This document shows, piece after piece, positions 18,152 to 28,523 of a stretch of 64,000 nucleotides of DNA; position 1 is the first letter of the stretch, and every line of letters starts with the position of its first letter. Source of the stretch: an uncultured Actinomycetes bacterium (GTDB lineage: Bacteria; Actinomycetota; Actinomycetes; Nanopelagicales; Nanopelagicaceae); contig CAIMOX010000016.1 in assembly GCA_903843225.1 (NCBI GenBank), forward strand, positions 39,358 to 103,357, given 5' to 3'. The position numbers and the translations under genes are program-made. The notes beneath the pieces were generated by a model that was not told where the DNA came from, did not search any database, and saw nothing but the letters and a program-made list of their open reading frames with translations.

Positions 18152-21100
18152 TTACAACGCCTCCATTACGACTTTATCGACATCAAGTCCTTCACGTTTT
18201 GCTCGCTCCATCGCTGCCAAGACGCGTGCGAAATCGCGCGGCATAACGAGTGAGATTCGATTCTTCTCATTCTCCCAATCAGAGATGAGAGTGTGTGCGA
18301 CCTCTGAGCTCGTCTCTGCGTAATATCGCTCAAGAAGTGATCGAACAATCTCATCCTGGTCTGAAGGTAGGGCCATAACATCGACCATATCGGTATTCAC
18401 CAGGCGTGGATCAAGATCTAAGACAAATGCTCGTCCACCTGACATGCCAGCAGCGAAGTTTCGCCCAGTCTTACCCAAGACGATTGCGATGCCGCCTGTC
18501 ATATATTCACAGCCATGGTCTCCAACGCCTTCAACAATCGCTGTTGCGCCGGAGTTACGAACGCAGAAGCGCTCCCCGACCATGCCACGAATAAAAATTT
18601 CACCACTAGTAGCGCCGTAACCGATGACGTTACCGGCGATTACATTCTCTTCTGACTTTACAATTGCTCTCTCGTCTTGGCGAACAATTACTCGTCCACC
18701 TGACAAGCCTTTGCCAACGTGATCGTTAGCATCGCCATATAGTCGCAAAGTTAGTCCAGAAGGAATGAATGCACCCAAGGATTGGCCAACAGCGCCATGT
18801 AGCGTGATGTCGATTGTGTTCTCGGGGAGTCCCTCGCCGCCGTATCTGCGAGTGATCTCTGCGCCAAGCATGGTTCCGACAGTTCTGTTCACATTACGAA
18901 CATTGACTGCAAGGCGCACTGGCTTTGCATCGTTAAGCGCATCAGCAGCAAGTGCGATGAGTTCATTATCGAGGGCAGCTTCCAGGCCATGTTCTTGAAC
19001 AGTTGTATTCTTTCGATCTGGGTAGGCCATGCTCGATGGGGCAGCCAGTAGAGGTGCAAGATCTAGACCGTTCGCCTTCCAGTGATTAATGGCTGCCGTA
19101 GTATCGAGTAGCTCGACCTGCCCGATAGCCTCTTCGAGTGTGCGATAGCCAAGTTTTGCAAGCCATTCACGAACCTCTTCAGCGATATATTCAAAGAAAG
19201 TTTCAACGAACTCTGGCTTGCCAGAGAAGCGTGCCCGAAGTTCGGGATTCTGCGTTGCTACCCCTACTGGACAGGTATCAAGATGACAGACGCGCATCAT
19301 GACGCAACCAGAGACAACAAGCGGTGCGGTAGCGAAGCCAAACTCCTCCGCTCCGAGCAAAGCAGCAATAACAACGTCGCGACCTGTCTTCATCTGACCA
19401 TCTACCTGGACAACAATGCGATCACGTAGCCCATTGAGCATCAGCGTCTGTTGAGTTTCGGCCAGACCTAACTCCCATGGGGCGCCGGCATGTTTCAGTG
19501 ATGTTAAAGGAGATGCACCAGTTCCACCATCGTGACCAGAGATCAACACCACATCGGCATGAGCCTTCGAGACACCGGCAGCAACTGTTCCAACACCGAC
19601 TTCAGCAACTAACTTCACATGCACTCGCGCATTGCGGTTTGCATTCTTGAGGTCATGAATGAGTTGAGCAAGATCTTCGATGGAGTAGATATCGTGGTGT
19701 GGAGGCGGTGAAATGAGCCCAACGCCCGGAGTTGAATAACGCACTTGCGCAATCCATGGGTAGACCTTATTTCCTGGAAGCTGACCGCCTTCGCCTGGCT
19801 TAGCACCTTGCGCCATTTTGATCTGAATATCATCGGCATTCACAAGATAGTTTGATGTCACACCAAAACGACCTGAGGCAACCTGCTTGACTGCTGAACG
19901 ACGTGAATCACCGTTCGCATCTTGAATGAAACGGTCCGGGGACTCTCCGCCCTCACCGGTATTTGATTTTCCACCGATGCGATTCATCGCAATTGCGAGA
20001 GTCTCGTGCGCCTCTTGCGAGATAGAACCATAAGACATCGCACCTGTTGCAAATCGCTTGATGATAGAAGAAATCGGCTCAACTTCCTCCACTGGTACCG
20101 CTGGGCGAATCCCTTCCTTAAAGGAGAAGAGCCCACGTAGGGTCATCAGACGCTTTGCCTGATCATCGATGTGCTGGGTGTATTGTTTAAAAATGTCATA
20201 ACGCTTCGCGCGGGTTGCGTGCTGAAGTCTAAAGACCGTCTCTGGATCAAAGAGATGAGGTTCACCTTCGCGACGCCACTGGTATTCGCCACCGATCGGC
20301 AACTTCTTTGTTCCGGGGATTTCTCCACCGGGCGGATATGCAATGTGGTGGCGTCTGATCGTCTCTTCCGCGATCGTATCGAGTGAAATTCCACCAAGAC
20401 GAGAGGTGAGGCCGGAGAAATATTCATCGACTACAGCCTTAGATAGACCAATCGCTTCAAATACTTGAGCACCCGTGTATGAAGCAATTGTGGAAATACC
20501 CATCTTTGACATCACTTTAAGTACACCCTTGCCGAGTGACTTAATGAGATTGGCGACTGCCTTCTCTGGAGTGATACCTGTGATAACACCCTGACGAACG
20601 AGATCTTCAGCAGACTCCATTGCAAGGTATGGGTTTACCGCAGCTGCGCCGAAACCAATGAGTAGCGCGATGTGGTGGACTTCGCGAACTTCACCAGATT
20701 CCACAATGAGACCAACCTGGGTTCGAGTCTTTTCTCGAATAAGGTGATGATGAATTGCCGACGTTAAGAGCAGGGATGGTATTGGTGCATCTTCAGAGTC
20801 GCCATCGCGGTCAGAGAGAACAATGATGTGTGCGCCATCAGCAATTGCTTGTGAGACTTCGGCGCGAATCTCTTCAATACGCTGATGCAGTGCCTCTCCC
20901 CCGCCAGAAACCGGGAATAGCCCTCGCACAACATAGGATTGAAATTCTGGACGTTCGTTATCGACGTTAACATTGATGATCTTTGCAAGTTCATCATTAT
21001 CAATTACTGGAAAGTCGAGTTGTATTTGGCGACATGATGCTGGCCCTGGATTGAGTAGGTTCTGCTCAGCTCCGATCGTTGCGCCAAGGCTTGTTACTAA

Positions 21101-22711
21101 CTCTTCGCGAATCGCATCAAGTGGCGGATTAGTTACCTGAGCAAAGAGTTGTTGGAAGTAGTCAAAGAGAAGTCGTGGCTTATCTGATAGCGCTGCAATT
21201 GGAGTATCGGTACCCATTGACCCAAGCGGCTCGGCGCCATTGCGCGCCATTGGTGCCAAAATAATACGGAGTTCCTCTTCGGTGTAACCAAAAGCTCTCT
21301 GGCGCCGCACAACAGATGAATGAGGATAGATAATGTGCTCACGTGCTGGAAGATCAGAGAGTTTTACAAGTCCATCGCGCAACCATTCACCGTAGGGCTG
21401 CGCCGCTGCGAGTTCAGATTTGATTTCATCATCTTCAATAATGCGGCCTTCAGCAATATCAACAAGGAACATCCGGCCTGGCTGCAAACGACCCTTGCGA
21501 ACGATGCGCTCGGGGGCGATATCAAGAACGCCAACCTCAGAGGCCAAGACCACAAGCCCATCGTCAGTTACCCAGAAGCGAGAAGGACGCAGGCCATTGC
21601 GGTCTAGTACTGCTCCAACTTGATTGCCATCGGTAAAGGTGACGCAAGCTGGGCCGTCCCAAGGCTCCATCAGTGATGAGTGGAAAGCATAAAAATCCCG
21701 TCGCTCTTGCGACATGGTTGCATGGTTCTCCCACGCTTCCGGAATCATCATCAACATCGCGTGTGGGAGTGAACGTCCACCAAGGTACAGAAGTTCTAGA
21801 ACCTCGTCGAAAGAGGCGGTATCGCTACCTTGCGCATCGATGATTGGGAAGACTCGACTTATCTCTCCAGGAATGAGATCACTCTCCAGAAGCGCCTCGC
21901 GGGCACGCATCCAGTTGCGATTTCCCTTGACAGTATTGATCTCACCATTGTGAGCAATGAAACGATATGGGTGGGCTAGAGGCCACGACGGAAAAGTGTT
22001 TGTTGAAAATCGCGAGTGAACTACAGCAAGTGGGGAGAGAACTCGCGAATCAGAGAGATCTGGAAAGAACTCCTCGAGCTGGCCTGTTGTGAGCATACCT
22101 TTGTAAACTATTGTCGCTGATGAAAGCGATGGGAAATAGATCGGGAAGGCGTGCTCAATCCGCTTACGAATCACAAAGGCGAGGCGATCGAGAGCTAATC
22201 CACTCTCGTTCTTATCTCCCGCAATGAAGATTTGCATAAATTTTGGCATGACGGAGAGTGCGGTCTTGCCAAGACTTTCTGGATCAATTGGAAGTTCACG
22301 CCAACCAAGAACTGTTGCGCTCTCTGACTCGACGATCTCACGGATTCCATCGTAATCTGCAAATGACGGATCAATAAAAGCAATACCAGTTGCATACGAG
22401 CCAACTGCTGGAAGTGAAAAACCTGCAACCTCACGGTAGAACTCGTCTGGGATACGTATCAAGATTCCGGCGCCGTCACCACTATCTGGCTCTGCACCTG
22501 TTGCTCCACGGTGTTCGAGATTACGTAGCGCTTCAAGCGCCTGGGCAACAATCTCGTGTGTTGCAACTTTGTTAAGAGTAGCGACCATCGCGACGCCGCA
22601 GGCATCGTGCTCATCGGCAGGGTTATAAAGCCCCTGTTGAGATGGCAAGGTACTAAATAGTGTCACGATCGCTCCCGATTTCAGTAATGAACTGATAAAG
22701 ATTCGGGACAT
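18152..22711 (-). CDS. gltB: glutamate synthase large subunit
   Basis: 1519 aa. Ntn amidotransferase Cys ([10 protein letters not shown]), FMN domain and GXGXG C-terminal domain. The start is uncertain: ATG 22711 lacks an SD, while in-frame GTG 22666 is preceded by GGGAG. Confidence 0.95.
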   Translation of the reverse strand: MSRIFISSLLKSGAIVTLFSTLPSQQGLYNPADEHDACGVAMVATLNKVATHEIVAQALEALRNLEHRGATGAEPDSGDGAGILIRIPDEFYREVAGFSLPAVGSYATGIAFIDPSFADYDGIREIVESESATVLGWRELPIDPESLGKTALSVMPKFMQIFIAGDKNESGLALDRLAFVIRKRIEHAFPIYFPSLSSATIVYKGMLTTGQLEEFFPDLSDSRVLSPLAVVHSRFSTNTFPSWPLAHPYRFIAHNGEINTVKGNRNWMRAREALLESDLIPGEISRVFPIIDAQGSDTASFDEVLELLYLGGRSLPHAMLMMIPEAWENHATMSQERRDFYAFHSSLMEPWDGPACVTFTDGNQVGAVLDRNGLRPSRFWVTDDGLVVLASEVGVLDIAPERIVRKGRLQPGRMFLVDIAEGRIIEDDEIKSELAAAQPYGEWLRDGLVKLSDLPAREHIIYPHSSVVRRQRAFGYTEEELRIILAPMARNGAEPLGSMGTDTPIAALSDKPRLLFDYFQQLFAQVTNPPLDAIREELVTSLGATIGAEQNLLNPGPASCRQIQLDFPVIDNDELAKIINVNVDNERPEFQSYVVRGLFPVSGGGEALHQRIEEIRAEVSQAIADGAHIIVLSDRDGDSEDAPIPSLLLTSAIHHHLIREKTRTQVGLIVESGEVREVHHIALLIGFGAAAVNPYLAMESAEDLVRQGVITGITPEKAVANLIKSLGKGVLKVMSKMGISTIASYTGAQVFEAIGLSKAVVDEYFSGLTSRLGGISLDTIAEETIRRHHIAYPPGGEIPGTKKLPIGGEYQWRREGEPHLFDPETVFRLQHATRAKRYDIFKQYTQHIDDQAKRLMTLRGLFSFKEGIRPAVPVEEVEPISSIIKRFATGAMSYGSISQEAHETLAIAMNRIGGKSNTGEGGESPDRFIQDANGDSRRSAVKQVASGRFGVTSNYLVNADDIQIKMAQGAKPGEGGQLPGNKVYPWIAQVRYSTPGVGLISPPPHHDIYSIEDLAQLIHDLKNANRNARVHVKLVAEVGVGTVAAGVSKAHADVVLISGHDGGTGASPLTSLKHAGAPWELGLAETQQTLMLNGLRDRIVVQVDGQMKTGRDVVIAALLGAEEFGFATAPLVVSGCVMMRVCHLDTCPVGVATQNPELRARFSGKPEFVETFFEYIAEEVREWLAKLGYRTLEEAIGQVELLDTTAAINHWKANGLDLAPLLAAPSSMAYPDRKNTTVQEHGLEAALDNELIALAADALNDAKPVRLAVNVRNVNRTVGTMLGAEITRRYGGEGLPENTIDITLHGAVGQSLGAFIPSGLTLRLYGDANDHVGKGLSGGRVIVRQDERAIVKSEENVIAGNVIGYGATSGEIFIRGMVGERFCVRNSGATAIVEGVGDHGCEYMTGGIAIVLGKTGRNFAAGMSGGRAFVLDLDPRLVNTDMVDVMALPSDQDEIVRSLLERYYAETSSEVAHTLISDWENEKNRISLVMPRDFARVLAAMERAKREGLDVDKVVMEAL

Positions 22712-22841
22712 CGGTGGCCCGGTAAGACGTTAAGAAAAACTTTGAAGTACAACCTGCTCCCCTAGCGTCGCCAATAGCCGCCGGGTGGAGAAGGGTACCA
22801 AGTGGAAGTCAAAAGGGGGTACTAGATACCTCAGGGCTGCC

Positions 22842-23546
22842 CTAAATTCCCGAAAGATGCACAAGCGAACCAAGCCCCGCGGTGAGGCCCATGCCGATGC
22901 CCCCGCCCACGACCACTCTGAGTACTGTGATCACAGGCTTAGACCCGGCCACGCGTGCGCTGAGAAGACCTGTTCCAGCTAAACCGATAAGGGTGGCGAT
23001 CACTATTCCGATCGACTTGTGAGATGGGCCCCATGCCAAGGCGCCGATCAGCGGAACAATCCCGCCGGCCGTGTAGCTGATCGCCGATGCCACAGCTGCC
23101 TGAGCTGGCTTCGCCTTTGTGTGCTCTAACTGACCCAGCTCATCCCTGAGATGCGCTTCTAACGCATCTTTCTCGTGCATGATGCGAGCAACCTCACGCG
23201 CCATCTCAAGCGGAAGACCGCGTTCTACATAAATTTGCGCGAGTTCAGCCTCCTCGCCATCTGGATCAATGGCTAAGTGCTCAATCTCAATAAGGCGGTC
23301 CGCCTCTTCGATATCACTCTGCGATTGCACTGAGATGTACTCGCCAACTGCCATCGAAAGTGCGCCGGCCGCAATGGCTGCAATTCCAGTGACGGTCAAG
23401 CTAGCAGTAGGGGCGGCAGTAGCAATTCCGATCATCAGAGAGGCAGTTGCCACAAGACCATCATTTGCTCCAAGAACTGCGGCGCGCAGCCAACCGGAAC
23501 TAGCGTTCTTGTGTTCGCGATTTCTTAGATAGACATCTTCAATCAT
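22842..23546 (-). CDS. VIT1/CCC1-family iron/manganese transporter
   Basis: 234 aa with the LGANDGLVATASLMIG motif and C-terminal TM helices typical of the VIT family. Confidence 0.8.
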   Translation of the reverse strand: MIEDVYLRNREHKNASSGWLRAAVLGANDGLVATASLMIGIATAAPTASLTVTGIAAIAAGALSMAVGEYISVQSQSDIEEADRLIEIEHLAIDPDGEEAELAQIYVERGLPLEMAREVARIMHEKDALEAHLRDELGQLEHTKAKPAQAAVASAISYTAGGIVPLIGALAWGPSHKSIGIVIATLIGLAGTGLLSARVAGSKPVITVLRVVVGGGIGMGLTAGLGSLVHLSGI

Positions 23547-24360
23547 GATGCAATGCTACTCCGCTAGATCTTCGGTGTCTGCGCAACAATATGAAGAGTG
23601 AGAGAACTAAGCCCACAAAACTGACCCATTCGTTAAGGCGCAGGCCAAAGAAGTGATGGGCCTGATCGATTCGAAGCGCCTCAATCCAGCTCCGGCCTAG
23701 GCAGTAAGTCGCGGTGTAAGCCAGGAAGATCGTGCCACTCCTCGCCTTAAGCTGTGGCTCCAGCCATATGAGTAAGGCCGCAGCCGCAAAACACCAAAGG
23801 GCTTCATAGAGAAAGGCCGGATGAAAGGTTCTGAAATTCTCGAAACCTGCTGGTCGCAGATTCGGTGGAATCTCAAGCGCCCACGGTAAATTCGTTGGTC
23901 TGCCAAATAATTCGCCATTAAACCAATTTCCGAATCGTCCAATTCCTTGGGCGATAAGTATTCCCGGTGCTAGTGCATCGAGCAGTTCTGCGAATGTGAG
24001 TGAGCGTTCTTTTCGTTTAAAGATGAACCAAGAGGCGAGCGTTCCGAGCGCTACGGCGCCCCAAATACCCATTCCCCCATCCCAAATTTTGAGAGCATCA
24101 ATCGGGTGGCCGCCAGTGCCAAAGTAACGATCTGGTGAAGTAATAACGTGATAGAGCCGACCGCCAATAATTCCCGCTGGAATCGCAACAATGGCGCAAT
24201 CGATAATCTCATCGACATCACCACCGCGCATCGCATATCTCTTGCGCCCAAGAAAAATTGCCACCACAACCCCCAGAATGATGCAAAGGGCGTAGTAATG
24301 GATGGTTAAAGGCCCCAACCCCACCGCTGAATGCGACGGGGTTGGGATAAAAAATTTCAT
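23539..24360 (-). CDS. lgt: prolipoprotein diacylglyceryl transferase
   Basis: 273 aa with the GRFGNWFNGELFGRPT signature. trpA-proximal position as in other Actinobacteria. Confidence 0.93.
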   Translation of the reverse strand: MKFFIPTPSHSAVGLGPLTIHYYALCIILGVVVAIFLGRKRYAMRGGDVDEIIDCAIVAIPAGIIGGRLYHVITSPDRYFGTGGHPIDALKIWDGGMGIWGAVALGTLASWFIFKRKERSLTFAELLDALAPGILIAQGIGRFGNWFNGELFGRPTNLPWALEIPPNLRPAGFENFRTFHPAFLYEALWCFAAAALLIWLEPQLKARSGTIFLAYTATYCLGRSWIEALRIDQAHHFFGLRLNEWVSFVGLVLSLFILLRRHRRSSGVALHHD

Positions 24361-24377
24361 CGAGCTATCTACTGTGA

Positions 24378-25061
24378 TTACTTAACCCCTGCAGCAGCAA
24401 AATCTGCCTTCAGTGCAGTGAGGTCTAAGTAGTGACTCTGTACCAACTGCTTGCCGTTGATGAACAAAGTTGGCGTTGAATTGACATTCTGCTTTGCAGC
24501 ATCTGCTTCAACGTTCTTTGTCCAATTGAGATATTTACCGCTAGTGATGCAGTTTGAAATGCTCTTTGATGTATCACCTGCGCCAATTGCAACGAGGTTG
24601 AGAGTCATGTTGGTCCATTTACCTGAGTTCTCAGTTGCAGGTTGATTGTTAAAGAGTGCGGCATGCATATCTAAGAATTTACCGTCATCGGCAGTACATG
24701 CAGCGGCAGCTGCGGCCAAGATCGACTCTGGGCCAATAAATGTCATTGGGTGATACACCGCTTTGACCTTGCCAGAACGGACGAGATCATTGAGGTAGTT
24801 ACCTGCTACCACTTCGAATTCACGGCAGTGTGGACATTGGAAATCTTCCCAGATATCGACACGGGTCTTCGCATCCTTATTAATAACTATGCCATAACCA
24901 TCTGCTGCCGAAACTGAGGTCGGAATTGCAACATGGCTATTCGATTTATTGGAGACGACAGAGAAGATCACTCCAATAAGCACGACGAAGAGGATCATGC
25001 CGACTGCTAAGTTGCGGGTCGTATTATCTGAGCCCTTCTTAGGGTTTTTCTTATCACTCAT
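24378..25061 (-). CDS. membrane-anchored DsbA-family thiol:disulfide oxidoreductase
   Basis: 227 aa. N-terminal TM anchor and thioredoxin-fold active site FQCPHCREFE. Confidence 0.85.
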   Translation of the reverse strand: MSDKKNPKKGSDNTTRNLAVGMILFVVLIGVIFSVVSNKSNSHVAIPTSVSAADGYGIVINKDAKTRVDIWEDFQCPHCREFEVVAGNYLNDLVRSGKVKAVYHPMTFIGPESILAAAAAACTADDGKFLDMHAALFNNQPATENSGKWTNMTLNLVAIGAGDTSKSISNCITSGKYLNWTKNVEADAAKQNVNSTPTLFINGKQLVQSHYLDLTALKADFAAAGVK

Positions 25062-25097
25062 ATCTCGCTCCTTTAATCGCTACCGACAGGTGCATCT

Positions 25098-25565
25098 CTA
25101 TTCGGCACTCGTTCTCTCGAGGGCGAACTTACCCTGTGGCTTCATAATGAGAAAAATTGCGGTCAGCGCCAAGCCAGAATCTCTCAGAATCTCCTGCCAG
25201 TACTTAGTGTGCCCGGCAGCAACCTGGCCACCGCCTCCAAAGCAACCACAATCTATGGTGAGGCCTCGGGCCCACGCCTGAGAGATAGCCCCTATAAAGA
25301 GAAGCATCGAGAGACCGCCAAATATCGCGGCATATCGGACGGTGATTCCAACAATCAAGAGAATTCCTGCACCGATTTCAAACCACGGAAGAGCCAGTCC
25401 AAAGATATTAGCCAGACCGACTGGAAGAAGTTTGTATGCTCGAACCGCCATCTGAGCCTCTGCCGGTGACTTCGCCTTGAGGTATCCAGCTAAGAGCAAG
25501 ACTGTCCCCAGGAGCAATCGTGCCGCGAGTGTGATCCACGGTGTTAATACCTTCAGATTCTTCAT
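25098..25565 (-). CDS. MauE/DoxX-family redox-associated membrane protein
   Basis: Four TM segments and a CGCFGGG motif. I place the start at ATG 25565 (MKNLKVLTPW), which forms an ATGA overlap with the trpA stop, rather than at the longest ORF start 25616. Confidence 0.8.
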   Translation of the reverse strand: MKNLKVLTPWITLAARLLLGTVLLLAGYLKAKSPAEAQMAVRAYKLLPVGLANIFGLALPWFEIGAGILLIVGITVRYAAIFGGLSMLLFIGAISQAWARGLTIDCGCFGGGGQVAAGHTKYWQEILRDSGLALTAIFLIMKPQGKFALERTSAE

Positions 25566-26368
25566 CCTCGAACTCCTGCCGATAATGATGCAGCAAGCTC
25601 GCGAACTCGCTCGCAACCTTCTTCAATTGTCGCACTCTGCTGAATCAGGCGTATAAATGCTGATCCCACGATGACGCCATCTGCATATTGGGCCACTTCA
25701 CGGGCCTGATCTCCGGTAGAGACGCCCAAGCCAACCGCCACGGGCAAATCGCTGCCGCTGCGAATGCGCGCAACCAGTGAACGCGCATCACCTGATACTG
25801 AATTGCGTGTTCCGGTCACTCCCATAAGCGAAGCGGCATAAATGAAACCTGAGCACTGCGAGGTAACAAGTGGCATTCGAGATTCAGATGTGCTGGGAGC
25901 AATGACGTAGATGCGATTGAATTGAGATTTCACGGAGGCCTGCGCCCATCTAGCAGATTCTTCAATCGTGAGATCTGGAGTAATTACCCCTGATCCGCCT
26001 GCCGCCATCAGGGCTGAACCAAATTCATCAACGCCGTATCTTTCAATGGGATTCCAATACGTCATGACGACCGTTGGTACACCTAGGGCTGCAGTCGATT
26101 TCACCAAATCAAAGACATCTGAAGCGCCAGTACCATTTTTAATCGCTTGATCGGCGGCATCTTGAATAATTGGGCCATCCATAACCGGATCGCTATAAGG
26201 GAAACCAATCTCGATTGCATCGACTCCGCCTTCAACCATCGCTGCGATAACACGAGGAGCACCTTCGATGGTGGGAAAACCCGCAGGCAAATATCCAATG
26301 AGTGCGGCACGCTTCTCACTCTTTGTGCGAGAAAATAGGCGTGCGAGTGGCGTATCGAACTCAACCAT
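25562..26368 (-). CDS. trpA: tryptophan synthase alpha chain
   Basis: 268 aa with TrpA-like sequence (IGYLPAGFPT, EIGFPYSDPVMDGP). Confidence 0.95.
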   Translation of the reverse strand: MVEFDTPLARLFSRTKSEKRAALIGYLPAGFPTIEGAPRVIAAMVEGGVDAIEIGFPYSDPVMDGPIIQDAADQAIKNGTGASDVFDLVKSTAALGVPTVVMTYWNPIERYGVDEFGSALMAAGGSGVITPDLTIEESARWAQASVKSQFNRIYVIAPSTSESRMPLVTSQCSGFIYAASLMGVTGTRNSVSGDARSLVARIRSGSDLPVAVGLGVSTGDQAREVAQYADGVIVGSAFIRLIQQSATIEEGCERVRELAASLSAGVRG

Positions 26369-27576
26369 CAGAGCGGAATTCCAAAGTACTGCGCTGCAGT
26401 TTGCACATCTTTATCACCACGTCCAGACAAGTTCAGTAAAAGCACGGCATCTGGGCCAAGCTCGCGTCCAATAATCATTGCGCCAGCAAGGGCGTGCGCA
26501 GTTTCAATGGCAGGAATAATCCCCTCAGTCTTTGAGAGCAGTGAAAATGCCTCCATCGCCTGATCATCATTTATCGCGCGGTATTCAGCGCGGCCAATAT
26601 CGTGAAGGTAAGCATGCTCTGGTCCAACGCCGGGATAATCAAGTCCAGCAGAGATGGAATGTGACTCAACAGTCTGGCCATTCTTATCTTGTAGTACATA
26701 GGTGCGGGTTCCGTGCAGTACGCCGGGTGTGCCACCAGAAATAGTTGCGGCGTGTTTACCAGAATCAATTCCGCTACCACCAGCTTCAAGACCGATGAGT
26801 CTGACGTTCACATCCTCAATAAATGGATGAAAAATTCCGATCGCGTTGGAGCCACCACCTACACACGCCAGAATGGCATCCGGGAGACGTCCAACTTCGG
26901 AGAGCATCTGCTCTCGCGCTTCAACACCGATAATGCGGTGAAAGTCACGCACCATTTCTGGGAATGGATATGGTCCAGCAACGGTACCTAAGAGGTAATG
27001 AGTTGTCTCAACATTAGTTACCCAATCTCGCATCGCTTCGTTGATTGCATCCTTGAGCGTCTTTGATCCCTGTGTAACTGGAATGACTTCGGCACCCAGT
27101 AACTTCATTCGAGCTACATTGAGTGATTGACGTTTTGTATCTTCTTCTCCCATGTAGACAACGCACTCAAGACCCATGAGTGCAGCTGCAGTAGCAGAGG
27201 CAACCCCATGTTGTCCGGCTCCGGTCTCAGCGATGATGCGCTTCTTGCCCATTCGCTTTGTGAGGAGCGCTTGGCCAAGGACGTTATTAATTTTGTGACT
27301 TCCCGTGTGATTAAGGTCTTCACGCTTTAAAAAGATTCGTGCTCCCCCGGCATGTTCTGCAAAGCGCTTTGCCTCGGTGATAATGCTTGGTCGCCCGGTA
27401 TATGTGCGATGAAGTTCGCTGAGTTCGGCCTGAAAAGTTGGATCATTCTTTGCCGCGAGATGGGCAGCGGCTAATTGATCGAGTGCACCAATGAGCGCTT
27501 CTGGAACGAAGCGACCACCGTAAGGCCCGAAATGGCCAATAATCTCTGATTCTGCAATCGGGGTAGTTTGGCTCAT
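26368..27576 (-). CDS. trpB: tryptophan synthase beta chain
   Basis: 402 aa with the PLP-lysine motif [11 protein letters not shown] and GGGSNAIG. Confidence 0.96.
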   Translation of the reverse strand: MSQTTPIAESEIIGHFGPYGGRFVPEALIGALDQLAAAHLAAKNDPTFQAELSELHRTYTGRPSIITEAKRFAEHAGGARIFLKREDLNHTGSHKINNVLGQALLTKRMGKKRIIAETGAGQHGVASATAAALMGLECVVYMGEEDTKRQSLNVARMKLLGAEVIPVTQGSKTLKDAINEAMRDWVTNVETTHYLLGTVAGPYPFPEMVRDFHRIIGVEAREQMLSEVGRLPDAILACVGGGSNAIGIFHPFIEDVNVRLIGLEAGGSGIDSGKHAATISGGTPGVLHGTRTYVLQDKNGQTVESHSISAGLDYPGVGPEHAYLHDIGRAEYRAINDDQAMEAFSLLSKTEGIIPAIETAHALAGAMIIGRELGPDAVLLLNLSGRGDKDVQTAAQYFGIPL

Positions 27577-27597
27577 CTGCTTAAAGTACCAGTAGGA

Positions 27598-28377
27598 CTA
27601 TCGCCCCAGCAGTCTGGAAATTGCCGCTTGCGGCTCCCCAGCACGAACAAGGGTCTCGCCCACGAGTATGGCATGGGCCCCCAACTCCTCCACTGCGATT
27701 ACCTCAGACCGTTCTGAGATTCCAGACTCGGCCACCCGAATTATTCCCGCAGGTATCAATGGGATTAACTGATGAAAGGCTGCCGGATCAACATCCAGTG
27801 TCTTCAGGTTGCGTGAGTTGATGCCAATAATGGTCGGGCTCGCCTCTAAGGCGCGCTCTAACTCCGCTTCCGTGTGTACTTCAACGAGCACATCCATTCC
27901 GAGTTCGTTCGCCATCTGATGAAAATCGATAAATTGCGATTGCGTGAGACCTGCGACAATCAGGAGCAAGAGATCAGCCCCAAGGATCCGAGATTCAATT
28001 ACCTGATACTCAGTAACGATGAAATCCTTGCGAAGCATCGGAATCGTGATCTCACTACGCACTGCCACAAAATCTTCGATAGAACCTTTGAAGCGACGTT
28101 GTTCTGTCAGAACGCTGACGATGCTGGCGCCGCCATCTTGATACTTCTCAGCGAGCTCTGCTGGATGAGTGATTGCACCAAGCTCACCCTTGGATGGTGA
28201 GGCTCGCTTCACTTCCGCAATGATCTTCGTCAGATCCGGGGTGGAAGTGAGCGCTGAAAGCGCACCGCGTAGAGGCGAAGCTTCGCTCAGTTGATCCTTG
28301 AGCTGTCGAAGTGGGACCGAACGTCGCTCTAAGTCTTCGAGTACACCTTCGATGATGGATTCAAGAACGCTGCTCAT
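27598..28377 (-). CDS. trpC: indole-3-glycerol phosphate synthase
   Basis: 259 aa IGPS-like (IAEVKRASPSKG, LRKDFIV). Confidence 0.93.
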   Translation of the reverse strand: MSSVLESIIEGVLEDLERRSVPLRQLKDQLSEASPLRGALSALTSTPDLTKIIAEVKRASPSKGELGAITHPAELAEKYQDGGASIVSVLTEQRRFKGSIEDFVAVRSEITIPMLRKDFIVTEYQVIESRILGADLLLLIVAGLTQSQFIDFHQMANELGMDVLVEVHTEAELERALEASPTIIGINSRNLKTLDVDPAAFHQLIPLIPAGIIRVAESGISERSEVIAVEELGAHAILVGETLVRAGEPQAAISRLLGR

Positions 28378-28523
28378 AGACTCGGATCCACATCATCGTT
28401 AAGTTTTGCCCACGGTGTCTGGGGTTTACGATCATATTTACGTTTCTTCTCGCCCCTGACCGAGAGTCGCAATAAGAATCCAGCGATGCCAGTCATTGCA
28501 AGGATCAAGACGACCTTACTCAT
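28374..28523 (-). CDS. 49-aa single-TM small protein between trpE and trpC (below the ORF-track size cutoff)
   Basis: Hand translation: MSKVVLILAMTGIAGFLLRLSVRGEKKRKYDRKPQTPWAKLNDDVDPSL. Its ATG overlaps the trpE TGA (ATGA) and its TGA overlaps the trpC ATG (ATGA), so it exactly fills the gap. Confidence 0.6.
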   Translation of the reverse strand: MSKVVLILAMTGIAGFLLRLSVRGEKKRKYDRKPQTPWAKLNDDVDPSL

